Source: Candidatus Levyibacteriota bacterium
Lineage (GTDB): Bacteria; Patescibacteriota; Microgenomatia; Levybacterales; UBA12049
DNA length: 64,000 bases
Assembly: GCA_963716145.1 (NCBI GenBank)
Contig: OY970292.1
Coordinates: 204,104 to 268,103, forward strand
Direction of reading: 5' to 3'
Position 1 is the first letter of the stretch, and each line of letters begins with the position of its first letter. The notes under the pieces were generated by a model that did not search any database, was not told where the DNA came from, and saw only the letters and a program-made list of their open reading frames with translations. Shown one piece after another: positions 1 to 8,562 of this stretch. Made by a program: the position numbers and the translations under genes.

Positions 1-350
1 TTTGGACCTGGCGTCTCGTGCACAGGACAATACCTCCTCAGTGGCCCCGAGTAGCTTGTCAGAACAACTAAAGTATTTTTATTTACATATCCCGGCACCA
101 GATAGTCACTTACAATTTCTGAGGGAAGAGGCATTTGTGATCCCAGAAGGGACTTTATGACCATCGCGCCGTACATCGATGCTCCCATCCCGCAAAAAAC
201 TATATTTTCGATGTCTTCAAATCTTGGGATATTAAGAGCATTCACTTCTTCCCAAGCAACTTTGCATTGCGCGGCCAATTTTTCAACAGTACCCGCAGTA
301 TCCAGAGGATCAATTTTTTTAACTTCTTCTTTATTATTTAAATCAATCAT
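1..350 (-). CDS. SIS-domain bifunctional phosphoglucose/phosphomannose isomerase-like protein (N-terminal part; gene runs off the window start)
   Basis: Minus-strand translation from ATG at 350 reads MIDLNNKEEVKKIDPLD...IVFCGMGASMYGAMVIKSLL...VVLTSYSG, a SIS sugar-isomerase-like pattern. The ATG overlaps the stop of the upstream cupin gene (ATGA). Confidence 0.5.
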   Translation of the reverse strand, partial: MIDLNNKEEVKKIDPLDTAGTVEKLAAQCKVAWEEVNALNIPRFEDIENIVFCGMGASMYGAMVIKSLLGSQMPLPSEIVSDYLVPGYVNKNTLVVLTSYSGPLRRYCPVHETPGP

Positions 351-784
351 TCTTCGCCCCTTTCTTTCTTCCGCTGCTCAGGAGTCTCATCAGGGCGCTT
401 GTAATCGTCTTCGAGCCTCCAGGTAGTGCCCATCTCAGGAGTTGATGCTTCCATCACATTACAATCAGTTACTGCTTGGTGCCGGTGGCGTTGTCCGACC
501 ATAGTAGTATAGCTAACGCCTTTCTCCATGTGGATCGTATCCAATTCGCCTTTTTGATTTTCCAAGATCAGGTCGCATTCTCCGTCCAACAGCCAGTATG
601 TTTCCTGTTTTTGGTCATGAATCTGCATAGATAGTCTTTTTCCAGCATCAATATGAAGTATCTTACCCATGTAGCTCAATCCTTCGGGCACCGAATGAAT
701 TTCATAGCCCCAAGGCTTATCGACGCGTTTCACATAAGGATTGTTGGTAAAAACAGATTTGTCTATCTTAGAAAGATCAATCAT
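347..784 (-). CDS. cupin-domain protein (mannose-6-phosphate isomerase type II C-terminal-like)
   Basis: 145 aa. The WGYE..H...G..L.ID.G..LSMQ.H...E.W pattern fits a cupin barrel. It sits between phosphomannomutase and SIS isomerase genes with ATGA coupling. Confidence 0.55.
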   Translation of the reverse strand: MIDLSKIDKSVFTNNPYVKRVDKPWGYEIHSVPEGLSYMGKILHIDAGKRLSMQIHDQKQETYWLLDGECDLILENQKGELDTIHMEKGVSYTTMVGQRHRHQAVTDCNVMEASTPEMGTTWRLEDDYKRPDETPEQRKKERGEE

Positions 785-787
785 AGA

Positions 788-2182
788 TTAATGGCCTGTT
801 GTATCCCAGTCCTGACTTACGCTTTTAAATTTGCTTATTTTTTCTTTAAATAATTTTTGGATTTTCTCAAGCTGTTCCTGTGTTTTGGCTTCAAACCGTA
901 GAACTAGTGTGGGAGTATTGGATGAAGCACGCACCAGACCCCATCCGCCTTCCAGATAAACTCTCGCTCCGTTAATATCAACGACATTGTATCCTTCGTC
1001 CTTAAATTCTTTAACCAAGGCTTCTACAACGTTGTATTTGTCCTCGTCTGTTGTTTTTACCTGAATCGTCGGTGTTGAAACATAGTAGGGGGTTGAAGCG
1101 ATAATTTCTGAAAGCGGTTTGTCCTCTGTTGATAGATACTCCAGAATTTTAAGGGCCGCAAAAAATCCATCATCAAAACCATAAAAATCCTCAACAAAGA
1201 ATATGTGTCCGCTCATCTCCCCTGCCAGCGCTGCTTTTTCCTCTGCCAATTTTGCTTTAATATGTGAATGTCCCGTTTTCCACATAATAGGTATTCCTCC
1301 ATGCGCTTTAATATCCTCAGGCAGTGCTTCCGAAACCTTTACATCAAAGATTATTTTAGCTCCGGGATTTTTAGAAAGAACAAGGCGAGAAAGCAAGATT
1401 ATATATCTATCAGGCCAAATCGTGTTTCCTTTTTCATCAACAAGTCCCAACCGGTCAGCATCTCCATCAAATGCAAATCCAAGGTCACAACTATTCATAG
1501 TAGTTTGCTTACCCGTATCTTCCATCATGGCTGTCCCATCAGGGTTTGCTGTGTAGTTGGGGTATGTGGGATCTACATTGGTAAAGTGCTCCACTACTTC
1601 ACACCCTGCTTTCCTGAGTAGGTCTGGTGCAAAAAGGCCAGCCGTTCCATTGCCTGTGTTGACGAGAATTTTAAATTTTTTGCTGATTTTTGCCCTGGAA
1701 ATAAGGTCATCCTCATATGCCTCTTTAATTTGCGCAGTTTTGACAGTGCCTTTTCCGTCCACAAACTCCTCTTTTTCAATCAAGGAATAGACTTCATTTA
1801 TGCCTTCTGTTAAGAGAGTGGATGAATAATCGGTTCCCAGCTTAACACCATTCCACCCAGCGGGATTGTGGCTTGCCGTTACCATCATAAGACCTTTGGT
1901 TTTGAGATAATACTGTGCCCAATAGGACATAGGGGTCGTGGCTGTTCCTATATCTATTACATTTATGCCTGATTCAGTTAATCCCTTAATAGCACTGTGA
2001 TGAAAACTCTCAGAAGTCTCCCGGGCATCAAATCCGACCACGCAGTCGCTTACTCCAGCCTTGATTAGATATGTAGCAAATCCTCGGGCAATAAAGTAGA
2101 TTGATTTTTCGTTAAGTTCGTCTTCTGATTCGCGGCCCTTGAGGTCATACTCACGGAACATTGTTCTCTTAAGAATCGGCAT
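788..2182 (-). CDS. phosphomannomutase/phosphoglucomutase (alpha-D-phosphohexomutase family)
   Basis: 464 aa with the TASHNPAGWNG active-site serine loop and the GDADR metal-binding motif. Confidence 0.85.
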   Translation of the reverse strand: MPILKRTMFREYDLKGRESEDELNEKSIYFIARGFATYLIKAGVSDCVVGFDARETSESFHHSAIKGLTESGINVIDIGTATTPMSYWAQYYLKTKGLMMVTASHNPAGWNGVKLGTDYSSTLLTEGINEVYSLIEKEEFVDGKGTVKTAQIKEAYEDDLISRAKISKKFKILVNTGNGTAGLFAPDLLRKAGCEVVEHFTNVDPTYPNYTANPDGTAMMEDTGKQTTMNSCDLGFAFDGDADRLGLVDEKGNTIWPDRYIILLSRLVLSKNPGAKIIFDVKVSEALPEDIKAHGGIPIMWKTGHSHIKAKLAEEKAALAGEMSGHIFFVEDFYGFDDGFFAALKILEYLSTEDKPLSEIIASTPYYVSTPTIQVKTTDEDKYNVVEALVKEFKDEGYNVVDINGARVYLEGGWGLVRASSNTPTLVLRFEAKTQEQLEKIQKLFKEKISKFKSVSQDWDTTGH

Positions 2183-2192
2183 GATATCTATC

Positions 2193-2885
2193 TTAAATAT
2201 CTAAAAGGAGGAAGTCAATGGTTTGGGTGAGTGTCATGGATAAATTTCCTGTTTTCATAGCTTTTTCTATCTCAAATAGTTTACTATACAAGTTTTTTAA
2301 TTCATCAATTTCAAAAGAATCAGCTTGATTTTGTAACTTGGATTTTTGCCAGGGCGCTATTCTCTTTAGTTCCTCAATTTGATCATTGGTTTGCTCAATT
2401 AGGCCCAGTAGTATCCTGATTTGGCGTACAATCATAAAAAAAACCATTTCAGGCTCGGCAGTCTGGATAGCGTTGTGAAAAAGCTTTATCAAGCTTTTTC
2501 CATTACCCGGTTTTATATTTTCAAGAAAGACAAAGAGAGTTTGAGGGAAGTTAAATAATTTAATTATGGGGTTTTTAAAAGTATTTAAATTTGTTTTTGT
2601 AAGCTCGCTTCCTTCCCAGATAAAAATATTATTGTCAGATATATTTTTTTTAAGATAATCCGTGATTTGATCAAGTTCTTTGCTTTTTTTTCTTTTCCCA
2701 AATAACCCTTCAATAAAAAAGTTTTTCTGCTCAAAAAACAATTCCCCGCCCTCAAAAATTTGCACCAAATCCGTGATATCCACGTTTTTACCGTCAATAA
2801 TTAGTTGCTCAGGATCTTTTTGTTTAATATCGAGAAAATATTTTCGGGATGAGGCTGTGTCAGTGCCGTGAATTATAGTTATCAT
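2193..2885 (-). CDS. holA: DNA polymerase III delta subunit-like (HolA-like, short form)
   Basis: 230 aa. The N-terminus MITIIHGTD..SRKYFLDI and a C-terminal helical region (LFHNAIQTAEPEMVFFMIVRQIRILLGL) resemble clamp-loader delta. Assignment from memory only. Confidence 0.4.
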   Translation of the reverse strand: MITIIHGTDTASSRKYFLDIKQKDPEQLIIDGKNVDITDLVQIFEGGELFFEQKNFFIEGLFGKRKKSKELDQITDYLKKNISDNNIFIWEGSELTKTNLNTFKNPIIKLFNFPQTLFVFLENIKPGNGKSLIKLFHNAIQTAEPEMVFFMIVRQIRILLGLIEQTNDQIEELKRIAPWQKSKLQNQADSFEIDELKNLYSKLFEIEKAMKTGNLSMTLTQTIDFLLLDI

Positions 2886-2979
2886 AAAATTTTTAATTTG
2901 AAATTTTTAATTTTCATTGAAATAAAAATGTTTAAAAATTTAAATCATTAAATATTCACTTCAAATTTTAAATTGAAAA

Positions 2980-3396
2980 TTATTTATTAGTTTTGTCTTT
3001 GTACTCTTTATACAAGCTGTTTGCCACTTGATGAAGGTTACGACTGCGTGTACGGTGGGGTAGGAGAGCACCTGAAAAATTTTTAGGAATGTGCAATAGT
3101 TCATGGATAAGGACCTTCATCTGTGCATCGTGATCCAGCAGGTCATAATACTTTGAAAGAACTTCGATTACATAAGCTGGCTCAACCCCCAATGCCCGCT
3201 GAAAAATTTTTGGGAATGCCCAAGTTCTGGCGTACGCACGGGTTTTGGAACCTGTTGTTCTGAAGCAATGGATTTTTGATATATCAATGTAGGGAAGGTC
3301 TATTTTCCCCAAAATATTCTTCAAGTCTTTTTCTACATCTTTTGCGTCATCCCATTCCATAGTAAATAAGGGTATCACGATCAGCCGGTATATCAC
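2980..3396 (-). CDS. putative zinc metallopeptidase (HExxH; SprT/DUF45-like)
   Basis: 138 aa containing VLIHELLHI (HExxH) near the C-terminus. Confidence 0.35.
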   Translation of the reverse strand: MIYRLIVIPLFTMEWDDAKDVEKDLKNILGKIDLPYIDISKIHCFRTTGSKTRAYARTWAFPKIFQRALGVEPAYVIEVLSKYYDLLDHDAQMKVLIHELLHIPKNFSGALLPHRTRSRNLHQVANSLYKEYKDKTNK

Positions 3397-3491
3397 AAGC
3401 TAATAGGTTTTATGCTAAATAATATTTTATATCTTCAGCAGCCATTTGAAAACTGCTTTCAATGGTTTTGATGGTGTTATTAAGCTACTTT

Positions 3492-4598
3492 TTACATCCT
3501 GTTCGGAAAAGTCGCGAATTGGGGTTTGTGCATTCCCCATTTCATTTGAAGCAGAAGTTTCAGCAGCCAAAACCGTATTGGCAGGCTTTGGTTTTCCTTT
3601 AACTTTTGGGCTATTTTTCCAACTTTTATATTGTTCACTAAAGGCTTTCCGCTTGCTCCTAAGAAAGAAAATTGTTGAAAAGGACTGCTTGAGCCCTGCA
3701 GTAAAAAGGGGGTAATTGCGACGATATTGGGATCGCTCCACACAGCATTCAGTGCAGAGAGATAATAGCTAGCTGCTTGCTTATCAGAAATTTTCTCAGT
3801 AGACCAGCCTGTTTCAGTCAAGAAAACAGGCAGATTTTTCGGACTCATGGTACTTATAAGAGCTCTTTCGTACTGAAAACTATTAATGCAGGTCGTACAA
3901 TTCATTCCAGGAGGTGTTGAAAAAGCGGGGTTGGGATAAGAATGGCTGCTTAGGCCATCAACCTGGTTAAAAATTCCGGGAACTGCAGCATTCATTTGTC
4001 TCATAAAATTATACTCGTTCATGTATAAATTTGGTTGATTTGGTGCTCCGTTATCAAGTCCTGCGGATATTATGAAGAAGTCAGGGGATTTTGATTTAAA
4101 TACTGTCACAGCATAAGTTAGAATTTGAGCGTATTCCTGAGGATTAGTGCTTCCACCCCATTCGTTTCCCCTATTTACCTCATTGAAGATGATAACATAT
4201 TTGTTTTTTACCGGCCAATTTAGTGAATCAAGAAAATTGGCAAAATCCACGACATCTGTGTCTTGCGGCTTTCTCCAAACTTTTGTATTGAAATAATCGC
4301 CTTCCGTTGCCAAGCGTATTATGGGAATAACGTGGTATTTTTTCGCCGCATCCATAAAAGCTTGCCATTTCTCAACGTCCCTGTCTCCAGCTTGAATAGC
4401 AATAGTAGCATAGCCCCAGTCGCCATTAGTTGAATTTACTAACGTCGCCGCTTCCTTTAACTCATGATCAGAGAGGATGTGTATGCCTATTTTGTTGTTA
4501 GGAACACTTAACGGATTTTCCACTGCATGCGCAGCAGGTGGTGTTATAGAATAAATCCCAAACAGAGCGAACAAGCTTAAAAATAGAATTTGTTTCAT
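3492..4598 (-). CDS. secreted glycoside hydrolase, clan GH-A-like (GH5/cellulase-like TIM barrel)
   Basis: 368 aa with an N-terminal signal peptide (MKQILFLSLFALFGIYS..AAHA). The IIFNEVN (NE acid/base) and LTETGWST (nucleophile Glu) motifs are typical of clan GH-A. Confidence 0.55.
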   Translation of the reverse strand: MKQILFLSLFALFGIYSITPPAAHAVENPLSVPNNKIGIHILSDHELKEAATLVNSTNGDWGYATIAIQAGDRDVEKWQAFMDAAKKYHVIPIIRLATEGDYFNTKVWRKPQDTDVVDFANFLDSLNWPVKNKYVIIFNEVNRGNEWGGSTNPQEYAQILTYAVTVFKSKSPDFFIISAGLDNGAPNQPNLYMNEYNFMRQMNAAVPGIFNQVDGLSSHSYPNPAFSTPPGMNCTTCINSFQYERALISTMSPKNLPVFLTETGWSTEKISDKQAASYYLSALNAVWSDPNIVAITPFLLQGSSSPFQQFSFLGASGKPLVNNIKVGKIAQKLKENQSLPIRFWLLKLLLQMKWGMHKPQFATFPNRM

Positions 4599-4650
4599 CT
4601 AATTCCTAATTATATCACTATAATGCCAAATTTTTTGCTATCATAGAGAG

Positions 4651-5244
4651 ATGCACATATTTCTTTTCAATTTCTCCTGGATGACTCTTAACGTTGTCTT
4701 GGCCTTAATAGCGGTTATATTGGGTTATTTATTTCTTCTCACAAAAAACAAAATATTGAAGTATATTTATGCAATTTTTTGGTTACTTTTTGTACCAAAT
4801 ACAATTTACCTTGCGACTGATATAATTAATCTTATTTGGCAATGGGGGAGAATCAATGGTGAAGAAAGGATTTTATTTGCGTTTCAGTTGGTAGCGCTTC
4901 AGATTATATGTGTTATAACTTTTGTTTTAGCTCTTTATCCCTTTGAGAAGTTTATATCTGGTGCCAAATGGGCAAAAAAGAAGATAAACGCAGATTTAAT
5001 GATTATTCTGCTTAATTTTATCATCGGATTTGGTATTACCTTGGGGCGAGTTGAGAGGATAAATTCCTGGGATGCAGTCGTTGCTCCTCAGAGAGTTATT
5101 CGGGCAAGCATGCATATACTTCTTTCCCCTAATCTTTTGCTGTTGACAGCCCTTTTTTCCTTATTTTCCAGCTTATTGTATTTTGTGTTCCGTAAACCGA
5201 TCCTAAAGTATTTTAATACTTACTTATCCCGAGTTGCTGCTTGA
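4651..5244 (+). CDS. multi-pass membrane protein (DUF1361-like)
   Basis: 197 aa with 5-6 predicted TM helices; no catalytic motif recognised. Confidence 0.4.
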   Translation: MHIFLFNFSWMTLNVVLALIAVILGYLFLLTKNKILKYIYAIFWLLFVPNTIYLATDIINLIWQWGRINGEERILFAFQLVALQIICVITFVLALYPFEKFISGAKWAKKKINADLMIILLNFIIGFGITLGRVERINSWDAVVAPQRVIRASMHILLSPNLLLLTALFSLFSSLLYFVFRKPILKYFNTYLSRVAA

Positions 5245-5587
5245 TTGTTATCCAGATTTTTTGCCAGCCTGATGCTGATTGATAACTTTTATATGCTTTT
5301 TTTCTATTATCATCGTCACTTCCTTTTATTGGGGGATCTGCCCAACAAGACAATATTAGCCATTCTCCCTTTTCGTTTTTTTTGGCAACTATAGTAACTA
5401 GCGATTTGTCAATGCGTTTTTTGTATATGGTTGTTCCTGTTTCACGTCCGGGAGAAGACTCATCGGGGTTGTTAAAAGCATATCCAGCGATATCCTGCGT
5501 AAATCCACGTTCCTGCAGTCTTTGTAGGGCATGATTGGTCCAGATCGCTCCTTTATAATAAACTTGCGGCATACAGTAATAATACAA
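5213..5587 (-). CDS. DUF4258-like small protein (RelE/ParE-superfamily toxin-like N-terminus)
   Basis: 124 aa. AIWTNHALQRLQERGF resembles the DUF4258 H-A-x-x-R-x-x-x-R-G signature. The likely start is an internal Met (MPQVYY). Confidence 0.3.
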   Translation of the reverse strand: MYYYCMPQVYYKGAIWTNHALQRLQERGFTQDIAGYAFNNPDESSPGRETGTTIYKKRIDKSLVTIVAKKNEKGEWLILSCWADPPIKGSDDDNRKKAYKSYQSASGWQKIWITIKQQLGISKY

Positions 5588-5649
5588 GACTTGGGATTTA
5601 TTGACAAATACAGTTTATTGTTCTTAAATAAGATGAGGAGAATACTTCC

Positions 5650-6618
5650 ATGCAAACTAAAAAAAGGGCAAAACCTGTAAAATTTGGATCTACCTCAAAA
5701 GCAGCCAAGGTAAAAGAGGAAATAAAAAAAGAAGCTGAAAAAGTAATTTCAGCCAATAAAAAAGAGCAAGAGGAAGCTGAGAAAAAAGCCAGTTCTGTCC
5801 ACCCTTCAGGTTCAGAGCAGGCAAGCACATCGCAAGATAAGCCTTCGGAAACATCTCCGGATCAAGACGTTCCTAAAAATAAAGAAGAGGAAGGATATTT
5901 TTCAGCAGATATTGAGACAGTGGATATAATTGAGAGCGTTGAGCTTCAAAATGATGACAGCTCTACGCCTCAAGAATCAGACAAAAAGACAAGAGATGAA
6001 AATACCGATTCACCTTCAGAAAAAGCAGTAGAAGAGGAGCAGGTTCAAGTTTCGGATGAAAATCCGGCTGTTGAGGAAAGTAAAGAATCTCTTGTTGATA
6101 AAGATGGAGCGTTTTTTAGCACCCCGCCTGATGGTTACGCTAAGAAAAAAAGTATGCTACCCTACTTTTTTATGGTAATGTTTGCTACTTTTATATTGGG
6201 GTTGGTTTTCTTTGGAGGGATATATTATGCAATTTCCAATAAGGATAAAATTTCGTCCTTAGTCCCAAAACAGATGTCCGAACCCACAAAAGCAGCCCCA
6301 ACCGAAGTGCCCACACCCACGCCAGTTGATTTGGCAAAGTACACTGTAAAAGTACTGAATGGAACATCGGTCTCAGGAGTGGCGGCCAAGCTGAAGACCC
6401 AGTTAACTGATGCTGGCTTCAAAGTGGGAACAATTGGAAATGCTGATAAGGATACATATCCTAAAACTGAGATTGTGGCTAACAAAAAAGTAGAAAAGGC
6501 ATATTTGGATAAATTGAAAGAGATTTTGAAAAAGTCATACACTCTCGGTTCCAGCTCTGTGCTGGCATCAGGGGATGCAGATGTTGTGATCACAATTGGC
6601 AGCGCCAGCGCCAAATAG
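5650..6618 (+). CDS. LytR_C (LytR/CpsA/Psr C-terminal) domain membrane protein with acidic low-complexity N-terminus
   Basis: 322 aa: an acidic, Ser/Glu/Lys-rich N-terminal region, one TM helix, then YTVKVLNGTSVSGVAAKL...GFKVGTIGNAD, which is typical of LytR_C. Confidence 0.6.
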   Translation: MQTKKRAKPVKFGSTSKAAKVKEEIKKEAEKVISANKKEQEEAEKKASSVHPSGSEQASTSQDKPSETSPDQDVPKNKEEEGYFSADIETVDIIESVELQNDDSSTPQESDKKTRDENTDSPSEKAVEEEQVQVSDENPAVEESKESLVDKDGAFFSTPPDGYAKKKSMLPYFFMVMFATFILGLVFFGGIYYAISNKDKISSLVPKQMSEPTKAAPTEVPTPTPVDLAKYTVKVLNGTSVSGVAAKLKTQLTDAGFKVGTIGNADKDTYPKTEIVANKKVEKAYLDKLKEILKKSYTLGSSSVLASGDADVVITIGSASAK

Positions 6619-6670
6619 GTAATTGTTTTACCTTCAATTTGATCCTGTTTGACATCTTGACGAATTAACT

Positions 6671-7075
6671 ATGGGGAGTGCTATACTATTTTTTCATATG
6701 GATACCTCTAAATTCACAACAAAAGAAGATCTTAAAAAAGAAATAAAAGGAGTAAAAGAAGATATTAAGGGAGTAAAAACAGAATTAAAGACTGATATAA
6801 AAACATTGAGATCAGAATTCAAAGTAGAAACCAAGTCAATACGGCGAGAAATTCTCAGAGTTGAAGAAAAAGTAGAAAATCTTGAAGAAGGTCAAAAGAG
6901 AATTGAAGACGTGCTTGGTAAAATGGCAAAAACTCTTGACGGATTTGTTGGTCGGGTTGATGATTTAACTGTTGAGAATGAAGTCGGAACCCACCAAATA
7001 AGAAAACTTCAGCTACAAGCGGAAGATCATGACAAAAGACTTGTCCAAATCGAATCTTCCAAACAAACCGTATAA
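6671..7075 (+). CDS. hypothetical coiled-coil protein
   Basis: 134 aa of Lys/Glu-rich heptad-like repeats; the probable true start is the Met at 6698 (MDTSKF). Confidence 0.3.
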   Translation: MGSAILFFHMDTSKFTTKEDLKKEIKGVKEDIKGVKTELKTDIKTLRSEFKVETKSIRREILRVEEKVENLEEGQKRIEDVLGKMAKTLDGFVGRVDDLTVENEVGTHQIRKLQLQAEDHDKRLVQIESSKQTV

Positions 7076-7152
7076 ATACAGTCAGGCACTGCCAACTCGA
7101 AATAATTCCTCTAACTATTTACGAAAACACACATTTATGATATAGTCTAGGC

Positions 7153-7515
7153 ATGGTAGAGCAAAATAGAGATCCAGAGAGAGAGAGAGTAGTTGATTTT
7201 GCAGGCGAACGGATGAGGAGAGTACCGATGCGCCGTGTTACAGATGATGAGTTGGACGCAAGAATGAAAGCTGTGAAAAAAGCGGCTGATGAGGAAGGAG
7301 CCAAACTTTCATCAGAAGATCGAGCAGCAGTAGACCGTTTGCATGGAACACCTGATTCATCACTAACTGAGCCCCCTCTTAATCCTCGCACAAGAGATAT
7401 ATTGCTTGACTTACTGGCACAAAAAGCTTCGGCGGAAGTTCCAGGTGCAGTCGTAAAACCTTTTCGGAAAAAGCCACAACCCGAAAGAGCACCAAAGGAT
7501 AGAAAGCCTAAATAA
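7153..7515 (+). CDS. hypothetical charged/disordered protein (locally GC-rich ORF)
   Basis: 120 aa, Arg/Glu/Asp/Pro-rich. It contains a (GA)n run near 7181-7195 and has clearly higher GC than its surroundings. Confidence 0.3.
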   Translation: MVEQNRDPERERVVDFAGERMRRVPMRRVTDDELDARMKAVKKAADEEGAKLSSEDRAAVDRLHGTPDSSLTEPPLNPRTRDILLDLLAQKASAEVPGAVVKPFRKKPQPERAPKDRKPK

Positions 7516-7633
7516 TTAAAATCTCATATTAAAGTAACCCCTATTTATATATTTGTTTACAAATGCTGAATCTCTTTCCCAATGCTTACAGACTTATCAC
7601 TGGTCTCTTTTGTTCTTCAGATAAAATAAATTC

Positions 7634-8062
7634 ATGTTTGGGTTAATAGTAACCATTCTTTTTGCCTTGGAAATGGCTTATTTTGCTACACAGAACACCG
7701 GTACGGTTGCACTGCGCTTTGTGAACTATGAAATAGCGGGCGTTCCAATGTATGTTGTTGTAATGAGCTCAATTCTGCTGGGAGTTATTTTATCGTGGTT
7801 TATAAATTTAATCAGCTCTGCAGCTTACTTTATGAATATCCGTTCAAAGGAAAATGTTATCCAACAGGATAGAAAGGCAATTGATGACTTGAAAAAAAGA
7901 ATGCGCGAGCTGGAAAGTGAAAATACGAGATTGCGAGGACACAAAAGAGAAGCTATATTAGAAAAAAGACAAATACCATTGCATGATGATATGAGTTACA
8001 AGCCCTCAATCTTTGAGCGGGTATTCCCAAACTCCACAAAACGCTACTCAAAACAGATCTAG
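7634..8062 (+). CDS. LapA-domain (DUF1049) inner-membrane protein with C-terminal coiled coil
   Basis: 142 aa with an N-terminal two-TM segment (MFGLIVTILFALEMAYFATQN...), consistent with the LPS-assembly protein A domain. Confidence 0.5.
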   Translation: MFGLIVTILFALEMAYFATQNTGTVALRFVNYEIAGVPMYVVVMSSILLGVILSWFINLISSAAYFMNIRSKENVIQQDRKAIDDLKKRMRELESENTRLRGHKREAILEKRQIPLHDDMSYKPSIFERVFPNSTKRYSKQI

Positions 8063-8094
8063 CAAAAATATCAATAATACTCAAGTTATTGCAC

Positions 8095-8124
8095 AAAAAA
8101 GCTCATCTTTCAACGAGCTTTTAA
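8095..8124. terminator. bidirectional intrinsic terminator hairpin between convergent genes
   Basis: AAAAGCTC-ATCTTTCAAC-GAGCTTTT: an 8-bp stem flanked by A/T runs, between the end of the LapA-like gene (+) and the end of csp (-). Confidence 0.5.
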
Positions 8125-8140
8125 GAGTAATTTGTTGCAA

Positions 8141-8338
8141 TTAAGCACGTGTTACATTTTTTGCGCTTGGGCCTTTAGGACCGTCAACAATTTCAAACGT
8201 GACTGTGTCGCCAACTTGAATTTCATCAAAGGTTACACCGCTCAAATCGTTGGAATGGAAAAAAAGATCCTTTGCTTCGCCTTCACGGGCAATGAATCCA
8301 AATCCTTTGTCCGTTTTTGTTTTTACTGTTCCTTTCAT
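8141..8338 (-). CDS. csp: cold-shock protein (CspA family)
   Basis: The 65-aa protein MKGTVKTKTDKGFGFIAREGEAKDLFFHSNDL... carries the RNP1-like KGFGFI motif. It starts at the ATG at 8338, preceded by the GGAG RBS and an extended -10 TGGTATAAT. The 126-aa ORF in the track is an artefactual extension that would overlap tRNA-Lys. Confidence 0.85.
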   Translation of the reverse strand: MKGTVKTKTDKGFGFIAREGEAKDLFFHSNDLSGVTFDEIQVGDTVTFEIVDGPKGPSAKNVTRA

Positions 8339-8368
8339 AGTTTGCTTCTCCTTTCTATAGATTAGTAT

Positions 8369-8377
8369 ATTATACCA
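8369..8377 (-). promoter_or_regulatory. extended -10 element (TGGTATAAT) of the csp promoter
   Basis: Read on the minus strand about 25 nt upstream of the csp ATG, immediately after the downstream repeat copy. Confidence 0.4.
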
Positions 8378-8389
8378 GAAATACCTATT

Positions 8390-8490
8390 TGTGATCCGGG
8401 CGGGATTCCCTTCGACTTTGCTCAGGATAAACTTCTCATCCCACCAGGCTTCAGCAATCTCAATACGCTTGCACTGAGCTTGCCGAAGTG
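8390..8490 (-). repeat. tRNA-Lys-associated ~100-bp element: 80-bp insert plus a 19-nt direct repeat of the tRNA 3' end
   Basis: The 19-mer GAATCCCGCCCGGATCACA (minus sense) occurs at the tRNA 3' end (8489-8507) and again at 8390-8408. The intervening sequence starts TTCGGCAAGCTCA and ends GGGATGAGAAGTTTATCCTGAGCAAAGTCGAAGGG. A homologous element follows tRNA-Gly at 52762-52864. Confidence 0.6.
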
Positions 8491-8562
8491 TGATCCGGGC
8501 GGGATTCGAACCCGCGACCAAGAGCTTAAAAGGCTCCTGCTCTACCGCTGAGCTACCGGACC
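8491..8562 (-). tRNA. tRNA-Lys (anticodon UUU)
   Basis: Manual fold: acceptor GGTCCGG/CCGGATC, D-arm GCTC-AGCGGTA-GAGC, anticodon stem-loop GGAGC-CUUUUAA-GCUCU, T-arm GCGGG-TTCGAAT-CCCGC, discriminator A. Confidence 0.8.

Noticed and set aside
157-426. 89-aa plus-strand ORF
   Set aside because: It lies antisense to the cupin and SIS genes and has a low-complexity translation, so it is spurious.
3427-3741. 104-aa minus-strand ORF
   Set aside because: It overlaps the glycoside hydrolase gene on the same strand in another frame and has no RBS or motif.
8390-8490. Reading the Lys-adjacent element as a decayed tandem tRNA duplicate
   Set aside because: The insert has only weak tRNA-like fragments. 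Its best similarity is to the element after tRNA-Gly rather than to tRNA-Lys, and the Gly insert does not resemble tRNA-Gly. This is kept as an alternative in the finding and not called a tRNA pseudogene.
8141-8521. 126-aa minus-strand ORF in the track
   Set aside because: Only the C-terminal 65 aa are the cold-shock protein, with its own RBS and -10. The N-terminal extension would read through tRNA-Lys and the repeat element.
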